Source: Carcharhinus longimanus
Lineage: Eukaryota
DNA: 64,000 nt
Assembly: GCA_030264375.1 (NCBI GenBank)
Contig: JASCQW010000162.1
Location: 77,556,436 to 77,620,435, forward strand
Direction: 5' to 3'
The notes beneath the pieces were generated by a model. The model did not search any database and was not told the origin of the DNA. It saw only the letters and a list, made by a program, of their open reading frames with translations. Every line of letters starts with the position of its first letter. Within the stretch, counting starts at the first letter, position 1. Both the position numbers and the translations under genes were made by a program. This document shows positions 14,290-25,990 of the stretch, one piece after another.

Positions 14290-15006
14290 CAACCTACTAC
14301 CAGTTAGATTGTTATTATCAATTATCAGGCTGGTAAGCCAGGCTATTATTCAATGCCATCAATATTCATCACAAATCCACCATCGTCCATAGGTACCTTG
14401 ATTACAGCTTCTCACAACCTGTTTCCTGTAAAGACTCCATCCCATTCTTCCAGTTTCTTTGCCTCTGCTCCATTTGTTCTGATGTTGCCACTTTCGAAAA
14501 TGGAACTTCTGACAAGTCTGCCTTCTTCCTTAACTGAAGTTTTCCTTCATTCTGTGATTCACAGGACACTCAAACAGGTTTGACCCATTTCCCGCATCTC
14601 TGCCATCACCCCTTCCCCTCCCTCCCAGAAACTTAACCAAACCATCTTTGCAAATAGTAAATTTGAATGTGGGGTATCCTCTTGTTTTATGTAGGTAATT
14701 TAAGGCTTAATATTTTTAATAAGCTTATTGAACCTTTACTTGTGTTTGTCCTTTGTCCATCTTGCAAATAAGTGCAGTGAAGTAAAACTTTTGGGTAAGT
14801 AAAGTGGTCGAAAGCATCTGAGGTTTTACAGGTACAACAGTGTTCAAGAATCCCCCTTGTCCTCACTTTCCACCTCACCTGCCTCTGATTCAAAGGATCA
14901 TCCTCCACCATTTATGCCAATTCCAGCATAATGCCACCATGAAACACACCTCCCCCTCACCATCCCGCATGTCAACATTCCGCAAGGACCGCTTCCTCTT
15001 TAACAC
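14290..15006 (+). mobile_element. Penelope-like retroelement ORF relic (left part, split by the ERV)
   Basis: Degenerate RT C-terminal sequence (..SIPFFQFLCLCSICSD.., FHLTCL.IQRIILHH..FQH..FRKDR) that continues at 20824. Confidence 0.6.
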
Positions 15007-15157
15007 TGTTAATGTTTCTGTGTCTTTGCATATTTGACCTTAGTCAAATCTGGCCTGTCAGAGGTTTGACTGTGTTTGATTCTAATACGCCCACTTCTTT
15101 AATTTAGGATATCCAATTTAATTGACCTTTATACTAGGCCCTGATTATATTACCACG
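15007..15157 (-). repeat. 3' LTR of the ERV, internally deleted (~150 bp)
   Basis: Matches 20678-20823; keeps only TGTT of the other LTR end; adjacent to the PPT. Confidence 0.8.
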
Positions 15158-15160
15158 GTA

Positions 15161-15169
15161 CCTCCTCTT
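15161..15169 (-). promoter_or_regulatory. Polypurine tract of the ERV
   Basis: Minus strand AAGAGGAGG, 3 nt upstream of the 3' LTR. Confidence 0.7.
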
Positions 15170-15469
15170 GGTGCAGTGAGCGTCAGTGAACCGGAACACA
15201 CAATTCTTACCAAACCATGTCAATGAGCAAGTATCCTGAATCCGAGGTTGACGGTATTATCCCTAATCCACAATAGTAACAATAAATGAACTAAAATAAT
15301 AAAAAAAGTAATAAACAAACAATAACAATAGAGTTTATATAAAACAAAGCAATAAAAGTGCAAAATGACAAGTGACTATACATTTTGCAATATAGATAGG
15401 AGAGCATCAAAGTTCTTGATTGTGGAGCATTTCCCAATGTCGGATGGCCCTTGCTGAGTCCAAGTATTG

Positions 15470-17427
15470 CGGGAATTCCTTCTTCTATCTAGCGAATTTA
15501 AATGTGAAGATGGTTAGGTTCACTGCTATACGTAGGATTCCTATTACAGCCAGGTGTGATGAATGCAGATCCATGAGTGGATTTGGACATTTGAACCCCA
15601 ATCCCAGAGATCCTCCGACCATGTAGTGACTCTAATTTCACTAATGTTCTTTTATATTTCCCTTGTTTGTTGCACCACTTTCACAAAGATCTTGTGTGTT
15701 GTGATCAGTTGTGTCCGAACTTGTTGAAGTTTCTCGGGTAGAAGTATTATCCCTGTACCAAATTTTTCAAAATAGTACCCCAAGCTTTGACTCAATTCCT
15801 TGCTAGTGTTTATTAGTGTTTTCTCTCTTCTGTGTATGTCTACCATCTCAAGCAATGCTATACTAGTGTGGTTTAATGCAAAAGGTAGTATTGTGGATGT
15901 TACATATGGCTGCCCCATACTGGTAATTTTCTAGCAAGGTTGTAATACAATGTCCCCTGTCCCCTGTAAGCTACCTGGGTGACATCCCTTTCCAAATTTC
16001 AAACTTCTAGTGTACAATTTAGGTCAGTGATTGTTCTGAATCCACACAGGGCGTGTTAATTTTCATACACTGGATATGGGCACATGCCCATTTTGTCTGT
16101 GTGTTCACATTTCTCCAGACTGGTGCCTATGAGCTTCCTTCCTTTCTCAACCACATACTGTAGAGTCCTCTGCAATCCCATCCACACCTCTCCTTTAATG
16201 ATCCCTATATCTTTGGCTTCAAAAAGTCTCAACCCGACCTTATCTTTAATATTACTGGGATCCCCAGCACCATCCCTAGTGCGGTCCCCAGGAGTTCCTC
16301 TATAACTATTGTTAGACCAGACCTTGGTCAATTGCTGTAATTGGCAGTTATTGACTTTGGAGTGTCTTTTTTCCTGGTACAGATGTTCAATCTGTTCATC
16401 ACTGATCCAGGATGGAACTTACCCCCTGCTAACCTGGTCAAGGTTCTCGCATAGTTGCGCGACCATCCATTGCCCATAGATGCGACACAGGATTCAGTTC
16501 TGTTGTGTGGCATCATCTTTCACCTTCCCTCGGGTGATCTGATTAATAGTTTAGGCATAGTTTACAACAGTAACCATAAAGCTACTGATCCTGTTCTTAG
16601 CCAGATCTCTCTCAACATCTTGCCAGGCATTTTCATTTAAGCTCTCCAAGGTCTGTTTAACTTTTGGGTTAGGACTCTGAGCTGATTATCCAAATCAGCC
16701 AGATCCAGTGCGTTAAAGGTAGATACCCCCACCCATATATTGCCAGATCGTTCAGGATGTCCCTCCTCTTGTGCCTCTTTGATCTGGACGTCTTTTCCCC
16801 CTTGTGTGTCCAAGTCTTTCGGCTTAGTGGGCTCTGGGTCAAGTGGAGGCACAATTTTCTAAATGGAGAAAGACACCAGTGTTCCAGCTAAATCCACCAT
16901 TACCAATTCTAATTTGTAGTGTGTGTTGTTGAATACTATTTTCCCTGTATGTTTTAGTATCAACCCGTTATGAGGCCCTGGGGTGGTTGCAGAATAATAT
17001 GGGCAGATAAGAAGCCCTTTCCAATTGGATGATGTATGGAATGGGCAGATAAAGCTATTTACAATTTGGACTGTGATGTCCTGATTCCTCCTCAGCAGAG
17101 GGAACCTACATGATAGTGAGCACCAGGTCAGGCAGTTCTGGGAGTCCCGGTACCAGGAGCACCATAGGGAGTAATGTTTTCTGGTGCCCCAGAGTCCTTT
17201 TGGATGAGGTCCCCTTAGCCAGGGCCTTCCTCCTGACATCCGTTGAATCAGAGCTAGGACCGGGCCGGCTGGAATAATTTCCAGAGGCAAAGGGTGGAGG
17301 TTCGGGGTCTGGAATACAGGGTGTGGATTTTCGGGCCGGTACTTCGAGAGGTATGGGTTGGGGTCCATCATCGGGGAACCGCTGAGACGGTCGTGTGGAT
17401 TAGTTGGGTGATGCCATACAGTCCTGG
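15470..17427 (-). pseudogene. Decayed env-like ORF (class I fusion glycoprotein)
   Basis: Multibasic furin-like site RSKRHKRR (16762-16785); candidate fusion peptide DILNDLAIYG/VGVSTFNALDL; heptad-like LADLDNQLRVLTQKL; Cys-rich region (CEH..MCPYPVY..CGF..NCTL); second heptad; W-rich membrane-proximal WSEDLWDWG; hydrophobic SHLAVIGILRIAVNLTIF followed by basic residues. Confidence 0.7.
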
Positions 17428-17489
17428 GCAACTATGAGAGAACCTTGACCAGGTTAGCAGGGGGAAAGTTCTGTCCTGGATCAGTGGTA

Positions 17490-18731
17490 GTTGTTTCAGC
17501 CTTTTATTGGGTCATCCCTATTGTAGCCAATGGCAGCCAGAATGGCTGCTTTCAAGTCTGGTAGGAAACCCCTGGCTATTTCCTGGGGTTCGGGTAGGGT
17601 GGAATGGCTGGCGGGACTTAAACATAGCAGAATAAGTTTAACCTCTTCTACCTCATCTACGCCATTTAAAACTCAACATTGGGTAATCTAGTCAAAGAGA
17701 GCATGTGGATCCCCGGATGATTCGCGTGCTCCAATCACTTTAGCTATGTCAGTGAGTTGGGTCACGGCATGTGGAGTTAATAAGTCACATTGTGGTTCTT
17801 CTGTCTGTTGGGTAGTGACCGGACTCATTGGTGCAGGAACCGGATTAGTAACTGGAGTTATCAGGACAGGAACTGGACTAGCGCTGAGACTGAGTTTTTC
17901 AGGATGGGGGCCTGATTAGGTGGTGCTGTTGGTTCCATTACAGAGAACAGAGATGGGGGTCCGTAGTCAGCAGTGGCGCTAGTAGGTAGGTATCCTCTTC
18001 TAATTCTACCCCTGGGTCACTATCCCCAGTTTCAGTGGTACATTACACCCCATTTTATGGCGAGTTGTGATTTTTAAATCTTCAATCTGGCACAGGCATT
18101 TCGAGTGGTCTGTTGCGTGGGCTGTATTTTGTTTTCCTGTTTAGTGCAAAAGTTTTACTGCAGCCTGCAGATTGCTGCATTTACGTTTAACTTTCTCTAC
18201 TTGTTGCAGGGCAGCCAGTCTCTCACTGGCAGCGTGCTGTGCCTTTTGGTAGGCTTTATCACATTGAGCATGGAACTGGCACATGTCTATCATATTAATC
18301 TGGTTCCTTTCCTCTCATGTGTCTACCTCTGCTTCCAATTGTTGTATGTACATAGTAGCACTCATTAAGTCCTGCTTTAGTTGGGTTACTTGGGGTTTTC
18401 TGACCCATTTAACCTGGATAATCTCTGCTTCTCTACCATGTTCTCGACAACTGGCAATCTCAATCGCCTTCCTTAGCTTGGGAGCTCTTTTACCCACTTC
18501 CTTATGGGCATGATTCCAACAATTCTCTCCCTCAGATCCCAGATCCGGTTTCAGGGCGTCACCCCACTGCACCCATTTGGGCCATTTATGGTTCAAATAT
18601 ATATGGAGGACTTCCTCCCATTTGCATGACTGGCCATAATTATTTCCTTTAGTGTTCGTCACATGGTATGGGTGAGGGATATGGATAGGGATCCGGTTTT
18701 CATTAAATTCCTTCCTGTAGATTTTACCCAA
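17490..18731 (-). pseudogene. Decayed gag-like ORF of the ERV (stops, frameshifts, 3'-truncated)
   Basis: Lies downstream of the PBS. N-terminal W-rich segment (GQSCKWEEVLHIYLNHKWPKW), coiled-coil-like stretch (VTQLKQDLMSATMYIQQLEAEV), Pro-rich linker, then capsid-like PMSPVTT..TPHAVTQL..GDPHALF..GVDEVEEVKLILLCL..LPEPQ..IGYNRDDP. Confidence 0.6.
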
Positions 18732-18955
18732 ACTCCCTTGGCTATCCTAGTTCTAACTAAGCAGTTTGTCCACCTTGTGTTACAAACACTGGGTTTATGG
18801 TCCAATTTACTGGTCAAATCTATATTAGTTCTTCATTCACTTAAGACTGGCCGTCACATGGGGCAAACTGCCTTTTTAATTCAGGCTCAGATGGAGTGTT
18901 GGAGAATATTGGGTTGAATGTTCAACTTGGGAGCAATGTATCACTTCTTATCGAA

Positions 18956-18973
18956 GAACCACCTTGGGTGCCA
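18956..18973 (-). promoter_or_regulatory. Primer-binding site, tRNA-Lys(CUU)-like
   Basis: Minus strand TGGCACCCAAGGTGGTTC, 2 nt after the LTR CA; 14/18 match to the Lys1,2 PBS TGGCGCCCAACGTGGGGC. Confidence 0.7.
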
Positions 18974-19435
18974 AATGTTGTACGTTTAAAACTTCAGATA
19001 TTTTCGACCACTTTACTTACTCAAAAGTTTTATCCCGGTGCCCTTATTTGCAAGATCGACAAAGGACAAACACAAGGTTCAATAAGTTTGTTAATAGTAA
19101 CATTATTAGCCCTTAAGTTACCCATATAAAACAAGAGGATACCCCAGATTCAAATGTACTACCCACAAAGATGGTTTGGTTAAACTGCAGGCCTGATTCT
19201 GAGTCTCTCTGGCCCGTCGTCATGAAGGTGCATCTCAATGGCAGCTTCTTCCTTTTTTGCTTCTCTGTTCAGTCTTCTGGATGATCAAGGTCACCCCCCT
19301 CATTGAATCTTTGCTGCTGGTGTGTCTGAGATGCGTGTCTTTATTTTCTCCCCCCCCCACCATCATTCCAGAAACTTCTCTGGCTTCCAGCCAGAGGTCC
19401 CAGGAGGGGATCTCAATACCCGGTGGGTTTGCAAA

Positions 19436-19654
19436 GAACAAAGAACAACACAGCACGGGAAACAGGCCCTTTGGCCCAACGAGCCTGCGCCACCATTTCA
19501 ACATTGTGAGTCCCCTCTCCACCCATGACACTGGTCTATGCTTATGGCATTCCACATTGGAAACTAGATTGAGGGGAACTAATTTAGGGACAATTTGTTA
19601 CACCAATCAGCCTAAGAGCACATCTTTGGGGTGTGGGAGGAAACCGGAGCACCC
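19436..19654 (-). mobile_element. SINE inserted in the ERV 5' LTR (runs into N-gap)
   Basis: Homologous to 57795-58011. Confidence 0.75.
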
Positions 19655-19944
19655 NNNNNNNNNNNNNNNNNNNNNNNNNNNNNNNNNNNNNNNNNNNNNN
19701 NNNNNNNNNNNNNNNNNNNNNNNNNNNNNNNNNNNNNNNNNNNNNNNNNNNNNNNNNNNNNNNNNNNNNNNNNNNNNNNNNNNNNNNNNNNNNNNNNNNN
19801 NNNNNNNNNNNNNNNNNNNNNNNNNNNNNNNNNNNNNNNNNNNNNNNNNNNNNNNNNNNNNNNNNNNNNNNNNNNNNNNNNNNNNNNNNNNNNNNNNNNN
19901 NNNNNNNNNNNNNNNNNNNNNNNNNNNNNNNNNNNNNNNNNNNC

Positions 19945-20512
19945 CACTTGACTGTGGTTCCTATCCATTATTGCCTCGTTCTCCCTGACTAAAAATACAT
20001 CCTCAAGACGCAGCTCTAATTGCCTGACCCGGGCCCTCAGACGCTGCAGCTCCAAACACTTGATGCAGATGTGGACTTTTGGGAGATGTTTTGTCTCCAG
20101 GAACTCCCACATATGACACCTAATGCAGCTGAAGCATCTCCCATGGACCCTGCCATTTACCTGACCACCCTTGTAGTTATGAACACAGAAATGAAAAACA
20201 AGAAAGAAAGGAACCAGTAACTCACCTTGCCTAAGTGTGCTCTTGCCTAAGCCCAGTGAGCCAAAGCCCTTATAGCTCTCACTCTGCTCCCACCTTGCTC
20301 CGCTGCCTGCTCCCTACGCTGCCCGCTGTCTACTGCGGCCTTCTTTTTATACTCCTGTGCTCCCTTCCCGACTGCCCCCACGCCTAACTTCCGCTACGGT
20401 AAGAAAAAACACACAAAAAACGCCGTGAACCGGCAATAGAGAAAAAAACTCGAACAAAAATCGAACACTCACCACAGCCACCAGCACTTTCCAAGTACAC
20501 TGCTCCGGAGAA
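19945..20512 (-). mobile_element. CR1 LINE 5' UTR/ORF1 start inserted in the ERV LTR
   Basis: MWEFLE..HICIKCLELQRL..VRQLELRLE is typical of the CR1 ORF1 N-terminal zinc-finger/coiled coil; the remainder lies in the N-gap. Confidence 0.7.
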
Positions 20513-20823
20513 CAATGAGGTTTCTTGATGTCTGCCTAACAGAACATCTAGGACTATCCCCAGGTGTCCATCTCCATGGTGTTGCTCACATGTAACCTGT
20601 TGCCATATACAATAACTGCAGGAACTCTAAGTGACAGAAAGTCTGGCCTGATCTGGGCTTCTGGAACAGGCCCAGACATGTTTTTGTATCTTTGTATATT
20701 TGACCTTAGTCACATCTGGCCTACCTGAGGTTTGACTGTGTTTGATTTTAATATGCCCAATTCTTTAACTGAGGATATCCAATTTAATCAGCCTTAAAAC
20801 TAAGTCCTGATTATATTACCACA

Positions 20824-21235
20824 ACACCCTAGTCCACTCCTCCATCACGCCCCAACTTCCCATACCCATCACACAGCACCTTCCCTTGAAATTGCAGAAG
20901 ATGCAACAACTACTCCTTTACTTCCCCACCATTCAAAGCCCAGGCATTCCTTTTAAGTGAAGCAATGTTTCACTTGCACCTCCTTTAATTTGGCCTATTG
21001 TATTCACTGCTTCCAATGAGGTCTCCTCTACATTGGGGAAACTAAATGCAGAACAACTTCTGTCAGTTCGCAAGCAACCTTCCTGTTTCTTGCCATTTTA
21101 ACTCAGCATCTTGCTGTCATAGCCACATCTGTCTTAGCCTTTTCTACAATATTCCACTGAAGCCCAACGCAAACTAGAGGACCAGCACCGCATCTTCCGA
21201 TTAGAGCCGTCATGACTCAATCTTAAGTTACTGTG
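20824..21235 (+). mobile_element. Penelope-like retroelement GIY-YIG endonuclease relic (right part)
   Basis: FTCTSFNLAYCIHCFQ*GLLYIGETKCR (GIY-YIG signature) and ..RKLEDQHRIFRL. Confidence 0.7.
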
Positions 21236-22563
21236 ACCCTTCTCCTCCACCTTACCCTTTTTTTTAATATTTCCCAACAATGGCAAGTGGTTAGTTTAGT
21301 AAGTCAGTAGCAGTACAAATGATGTGATAGATAAAGTCCCAACGCTAAAGGAGTTGGGAATTGGAGAGATGACTTGTGACGGAGAGAGAGCAGTGTGACT
21401 TTCTATGGCAAATGGTTAGGATATAGAGATTGGGAACAGAAAACGTGTAGTAACAGAGCCAAAAATTGTCAGAGGTAGTCCTGTTAAGACTTCAACAGAG
21501 GCCATAAGAGATGATGAGTTTGAGAGGGAGGGCCAAGTTATGTTTATGGGGGTTATATAAAGGATAACATTGAGTGTGAATAAGAGAACAAAAATGCCAA
21601 AACAGAGGGTGCTTAGGACAGGTAAGATGTAGGTTGAAATCACTTTGAATGAGGAGTGCTGAGACTAAAAGTGGAGAGAAGTGGGAAGTCACTAAGAGTA
21701 TGTGGTTAGTATCATACTGCTGTTTTGTGGGCCGAAAATTTCCCATCCTGCCTGATGTGGCAATTGTAATGGAATTCAGCAGACCATTTAAAGGTATATT
21801 GAGCTCAAGCGGGAATTTTCTGGCGCATGCCTCCATGATCTTGTTGTATGAAATTTGACTGCCATGTTTCCAATATTGCCAAAGTGTCTGCATTTCAAAA
21901 ACAAAACTCCCATTGGCTGTAATGTGCTTCACATCATACCGAAGTTGTGACAGGCTCGGTATACGATTGCAAGTTATTGTTCTTAGTGCAGTTAACATTT
22001 CTAATGCTAATTCCTAATGGCCAGGAATGACAGAAAGACCAAAAGAGTGTGTTTTGTACATCTGAAATCTGTAACTCTTGATTCTTCCATTACTTCAGTG
22101 GTTCAGTGTGGTACTACGCAACACTAGCTGGATGGATCACCAGATTGCCCATCTATGTTGTGTTAGCTGATCTCAGCCTGAACGGAGGTTTTGGGTCCTC
22201 TATTCACCTTAGAACTCTTGGTCTAACATGGGGAAAAAATGGCCAAAGCTCCAGCTCCTTTTCCATATCCAGAGACCCTGCATGAGGACAAGATTGGATT
22301 GAGTTTTCCTTGCCAGCTCCTATTGCTTCATTTGCATGGTGGTGCTCACTGAGGAGACATTCACATAAAGAATACTTGGAGGACATATCAGAAGACTGTT
22401 AGTATCTCAATTAATCTAGAGTTGCCATTTTAGGAGAGCAGGGGAGAGATGTAAAAATCTAATTATTGTGGATGGTAACGTAGACTATTTAAATCATCAA
22501 ATTCTTATTCAGTTTACAACTTTTTTGAATCAAATGCATTTCCTGCTTCGTTCTTTTCTCCAG

Positions 22564-22712
22564 AGGCAGCGTTTACACTAATGCTGTACTGGGAACTGCT
22601 TCACTGGGAGGACAGACCCCTGCGGGAGTTTCTGCACTACCCAGCACAAACGGAGTGGCAGCGTAAAGAAGGACTGTGTCGACAGGTTATCAACTACTTC
22701 AACAAGGGAAAG
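22564..22712 (+). CDS. DOCK3: DOCK3 coding exon (first one found in window): (E)AAFTLMLYWELLHWEDRPLREFLHYPAQTEWQRKEGLCRQVINYFNKGK
   Basis: Polypyrimidine tract + CAG acceptor (22561-22563), GTTAGT donor at 22713. Peptide closely matches vertebrate DOCK3 at the DHR-2 start (WEDRPLREFLHYP.QTEWQRKEGL). Confidence 0.93.
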
Positions 22713-23613
22713 GTTAGTGCCAGTATTTCTGCATGTCATATTGGGCAATTGGAGGAAATTATTAACTTTGACTCTACATTGCTTCAGTTAGCTGTAAGTG
22801 GTTCGTAAAACAGAGTGAGGGACACTTTGGCATGGCTTGATCCAATTAAAGATAATTCATCAAACTTTATCTTGTCCTGATAAGCCTTGGGATAGGATTT
22901 CAGCTGAAGAACAGTCATAGAGGGCAGAAGCAGGGCCCTTGCATCATCAGCACTGTATATGAATAAGAAGTGGCAAGATGCTTTTTTGTTTGCAAAATAC
23001 TCAAGTGTCCCCTTGTATGTCACTGTTAGAGTTCTTTAAGCACAAGTGATATCAATCAGCAGAACCAGGAGTTCAGTGAATAGAGCTTAGAAGTCTTTTC
23101 TTGGACATCTTTTTTTGACAGTGATGTTCAAATGACAGATTAAAATTCTTACATTTGTGCAAATTTCCTGTCAACATTTTCTATTATAAGTTCCTGTCCA
23201 CATTTACAATGCCTATTTGAACTTGCTGCAATCACACCGTTTTGTTTTTTTTATTCATTCAGAGGATGTGGGCGTCATCCTGTGCCAGCATTTATTGCCC
23301 ATTCTTAATTGCCTTTGAATTGAGTGTATTTCAGAGGGCATTTTAAGCGTCAACCACATTGATTTCCCATCACTTCCCTCTCTCATTGAACTTACATTTC
23401 TATTCTTATCCCCTGCCTGAGAGATATTCAAAATTTACTCAACAACTGATGATGTTCTCATCCACACATCCAACCATAAGCTGGTTTCACCCTACATCAG
23501 CTGTCGATAGACTCATCAGTATCTGCCAATCAACAGGCAATGCATGGGGAAACCAGCCTGTCATTGGTTGTGCAGGCTGTGAGCATTTTTTGAAAGTATT
23601 TCCAGGATGTTTT

Positions 23614-23910
23614 CATAGAATCCCTGCAGTACAGAGGCAGCCATTCAGCCCATTGAGTCTGTACTGACCACAATCCCACCCAAGCTCTATTACTGTAATC
23701 CCCCAGCAACTAAGATCAATTTAGAATGGCCAGTCAACCTAACCTGCACATCTTTGGATTGGGGGTGAAAACCGGAACACCTGGAGGAAACCTACACAGA
23801 CATAGGGAGAAAGTGCAAACTCTACACAGAAAGTGACCCTAGGCCAGAATTAAACCTGGGTCCCTGGCGCTGTGAGGCAGCAGTGCTAATCACGGTGCCA
23901 CTATACCATC
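23614..23910 (-). mobile_element. tRNA-derived SINE
   Basis: Reverse-complement homolog of 8610-8915. Confidence 0.75.
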
Positions 23911-25639
23911 CCAAAGTTTTGAAGTTGAACTGTTAGTTATTTTGAAGAACTGGCTGGCCGTTTAAAAATACCTCATGGGCTTTATCCAGCTCACAGGCCA
24001 CACCTTAGATAAGCCTGTATTAGATGATTCACACTGCTGCCACTGCATGCTGGTGGTGGAGAGAGTGAACATTTAAGGCAGTAGAAAGGATGCCTGCCAA
24101 TCAAGCAAAGGCTTCAGCCTTGTCTTTTGCATTAATGTGCTGACTCTGCCATCACTGAGGCTAGAGATATTTGTGAAGCTTCCTCCTCCAGTGAGATTTT
24201 AATTGTCCAATATTATTCGTGACATGTTATGGCAGGACTGCAGAGCTTAGATCTGATATATTGGTCATGTGATTGTTTAGCTCTACCACATGCTGCTTCT
24301 AATAAGAATGAATATAGTCGTCCTGTCTAGTAGACTGCAGAGTAAAGACACAGATTCTTACAGTTCCCCCATTATCCAGTGTGAACTTTTTTATACTCAT
24401 TCAATAAATCCATAATCCTTCCCTAGTTTGGGGACAGCAGCTGTTAATTACCAATTTAAAGCATGTACTCTGTTGTAGCACAATTTCAATATTAACACAG
24501 TAGGAGGTCTTGTAGCACAGTGGTAGTGTCTCTTGCTCTGGACCAGAGCCAGGACATGCTGACCATGGAAGAAGAGTTCATTACATGATCCAATAGGCTG
24601 ATAACCAGCTCAGGAATCCTTCCATACTTCCCCACTATTCCCCAAAGGGAAAACCAATGAGTGTATGTGTGAAGGTACATGGAGAAAATGTGAACAATAC
24701 ATAAAGTCCCATTTTCAGGAATAAATTGAACATTAACATAGGCTGGCTGGCCCCACCAGGAAGGGTTGAGTGGGAGAGATAAGGGGCCAAGATGGAGAGG
24801 ATTGAGGAGAATACAGAAGCTTGTTGGTGACCTCTGATTAACTGTACCACCCGCATTTTCAGCTTGAAGCCAAAGCAGTGTTACCTGCTGGGTTTCCCAC
24901 CTGTTGCCAGCCTCAGCCTACCACCATGAACTAGCAGCAGCAATAGGAAATAGTCTTTGTGGCCATTGATTGCCACTTCAAGCTCTCAAGTGGCACACGG
25001 GGCAGTAAGTCACCTGGTGACGACCCGCCACTTGTAAAACTGTGGCAGGAGCAGCCACTGGGAAAGGAACTCATTGCATTTTATTGGCCCCTCCACCTAC
25101 AAATCCGCAGGCAGCAAATTGTAGCCCCTTAAGGTGAAAGAGTGGACTTGTTATGAATGGAAGGCACAGTCAAAAGAGGTGAGGAATTTTCTGGTTGCTA
25201 TTGCTAATTGAGCACAGCTAATTTACACAAGCACAGCCTGCAGCTGCAGAACAAACTCAATCAGACAGCAGCATGCATATTTTAAAGGCTAAGTATGATG
25301 CTTGACTCCATTAAATAGAACTAAGCATAGTGAACCAGATTGGTGTTTGCCCTCTCTGAAATGATGATCCACAGATTTCTTCTTGTCAGTAACATGGGGT
25401 AAATTTTGTCAACAGTGTGTCATTCCCAACATTGTAAGCAGAACTATGTGCCTTTTCCACTTTCTTTTTTTTGGCCTTTTCCCATGTAATCATAATTAAA
25501 ATTTTACACAACACATTTGATTTAGCAGTTGAGAAGCTTTTCATTGGTGAAATTTACTGTCAGCTGACAATGCTGCATCTACAAGTGGCTGACTAAAGAG
25601 TCTCCTGATCAAATGGGAAGGCCCTGCATCACGGCCACA

Positions 25640-25990
25640 ATTTCACCTCTCTCCCACCCATTCTCCCCTCCCCCCATATCTTTATCTGTCACAGCTTACC
25701 CTCTGATTTCAGCTTCTCTACCATTTGGCCATTCACACTTTCTATTCTCTATGGATGCCATCTGCAGCCTTTCCCCTTGTTTTTGTGGCAATGACTCATC
25801 TTTCATTCCCTCACCCTACAGATAAACATCTCCCACTTTCTATGCCTTTTAGCTTCAACAAAGAGTTATCTGAACTCAAAACTTCAGCTCTTTTCTCTCC
25901 TTACAGATGCTACCAGAGCTGCTGAGATTTTCCAGCATTTTCTCTTTTGATTTCAGATTCTAGCATCCACAGTAATTTTGCCTTTATCCA
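25640..25990 (+). mobile_element. Penelope-like pseudo-LTR fragment
   Basis: Same tail motif as 56590-56680; highly degenerate hammerhead position near 25850-25890. Confidence 0.5.

Larger units (their letters stand above)
15007..20823 (-). mobile_element. Endogenous retrovirus-like LTR element, pol-deleted (gag + env only), lokiretrovirus-like
   Basis: TG..CA termini; ACAC TSD (15003-15006, 20824-20827); direct repeats 15012-15157 and 20678-20823 (20 mismatches in 146 nt, counted by eye); PBS and PPT in the expected positions; decayed gag and env. It splits a Penelope-like ORF that resumes after the TSD. Confidence 0.85.
18976..20823 (-). repeat. 5' LTR of the ERV, interrupted by a SINE, an N-gap and a CR1 5' fragment (~19436-20512)
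   Basis: Reads TGTGG..CAACA on the minus strand and is followed after 2 nt by the PBS; its terminal 146 nt match the other LTR. Confidence 0.75.

Noticed and set aside
19257-20112. Long ORFs in the track spanning N-runs (also 28759-29133, 51204-51849, 59402-59971, 60428-61259)
   Set aside because: Artefacts of translating assembly gaps as X.
15007-20823. Foamy (spuma) virus assignment based on Lys1,2-like PBS and 4-bp TSD
   Set aside because: These features are not exclusive. The env is too short with an early cleavage site, and there is no accessory region between env and the 3' LTR. Cannot be excluded without pol.
1-22563. Expected upstream DOCK3 exon ([31 protein letters not shown]-like)
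   Set aside because: Not found by eye; look-alikes near 8211 and 10921 do not translate to it. It probably lies upstream of the window or in a gap.
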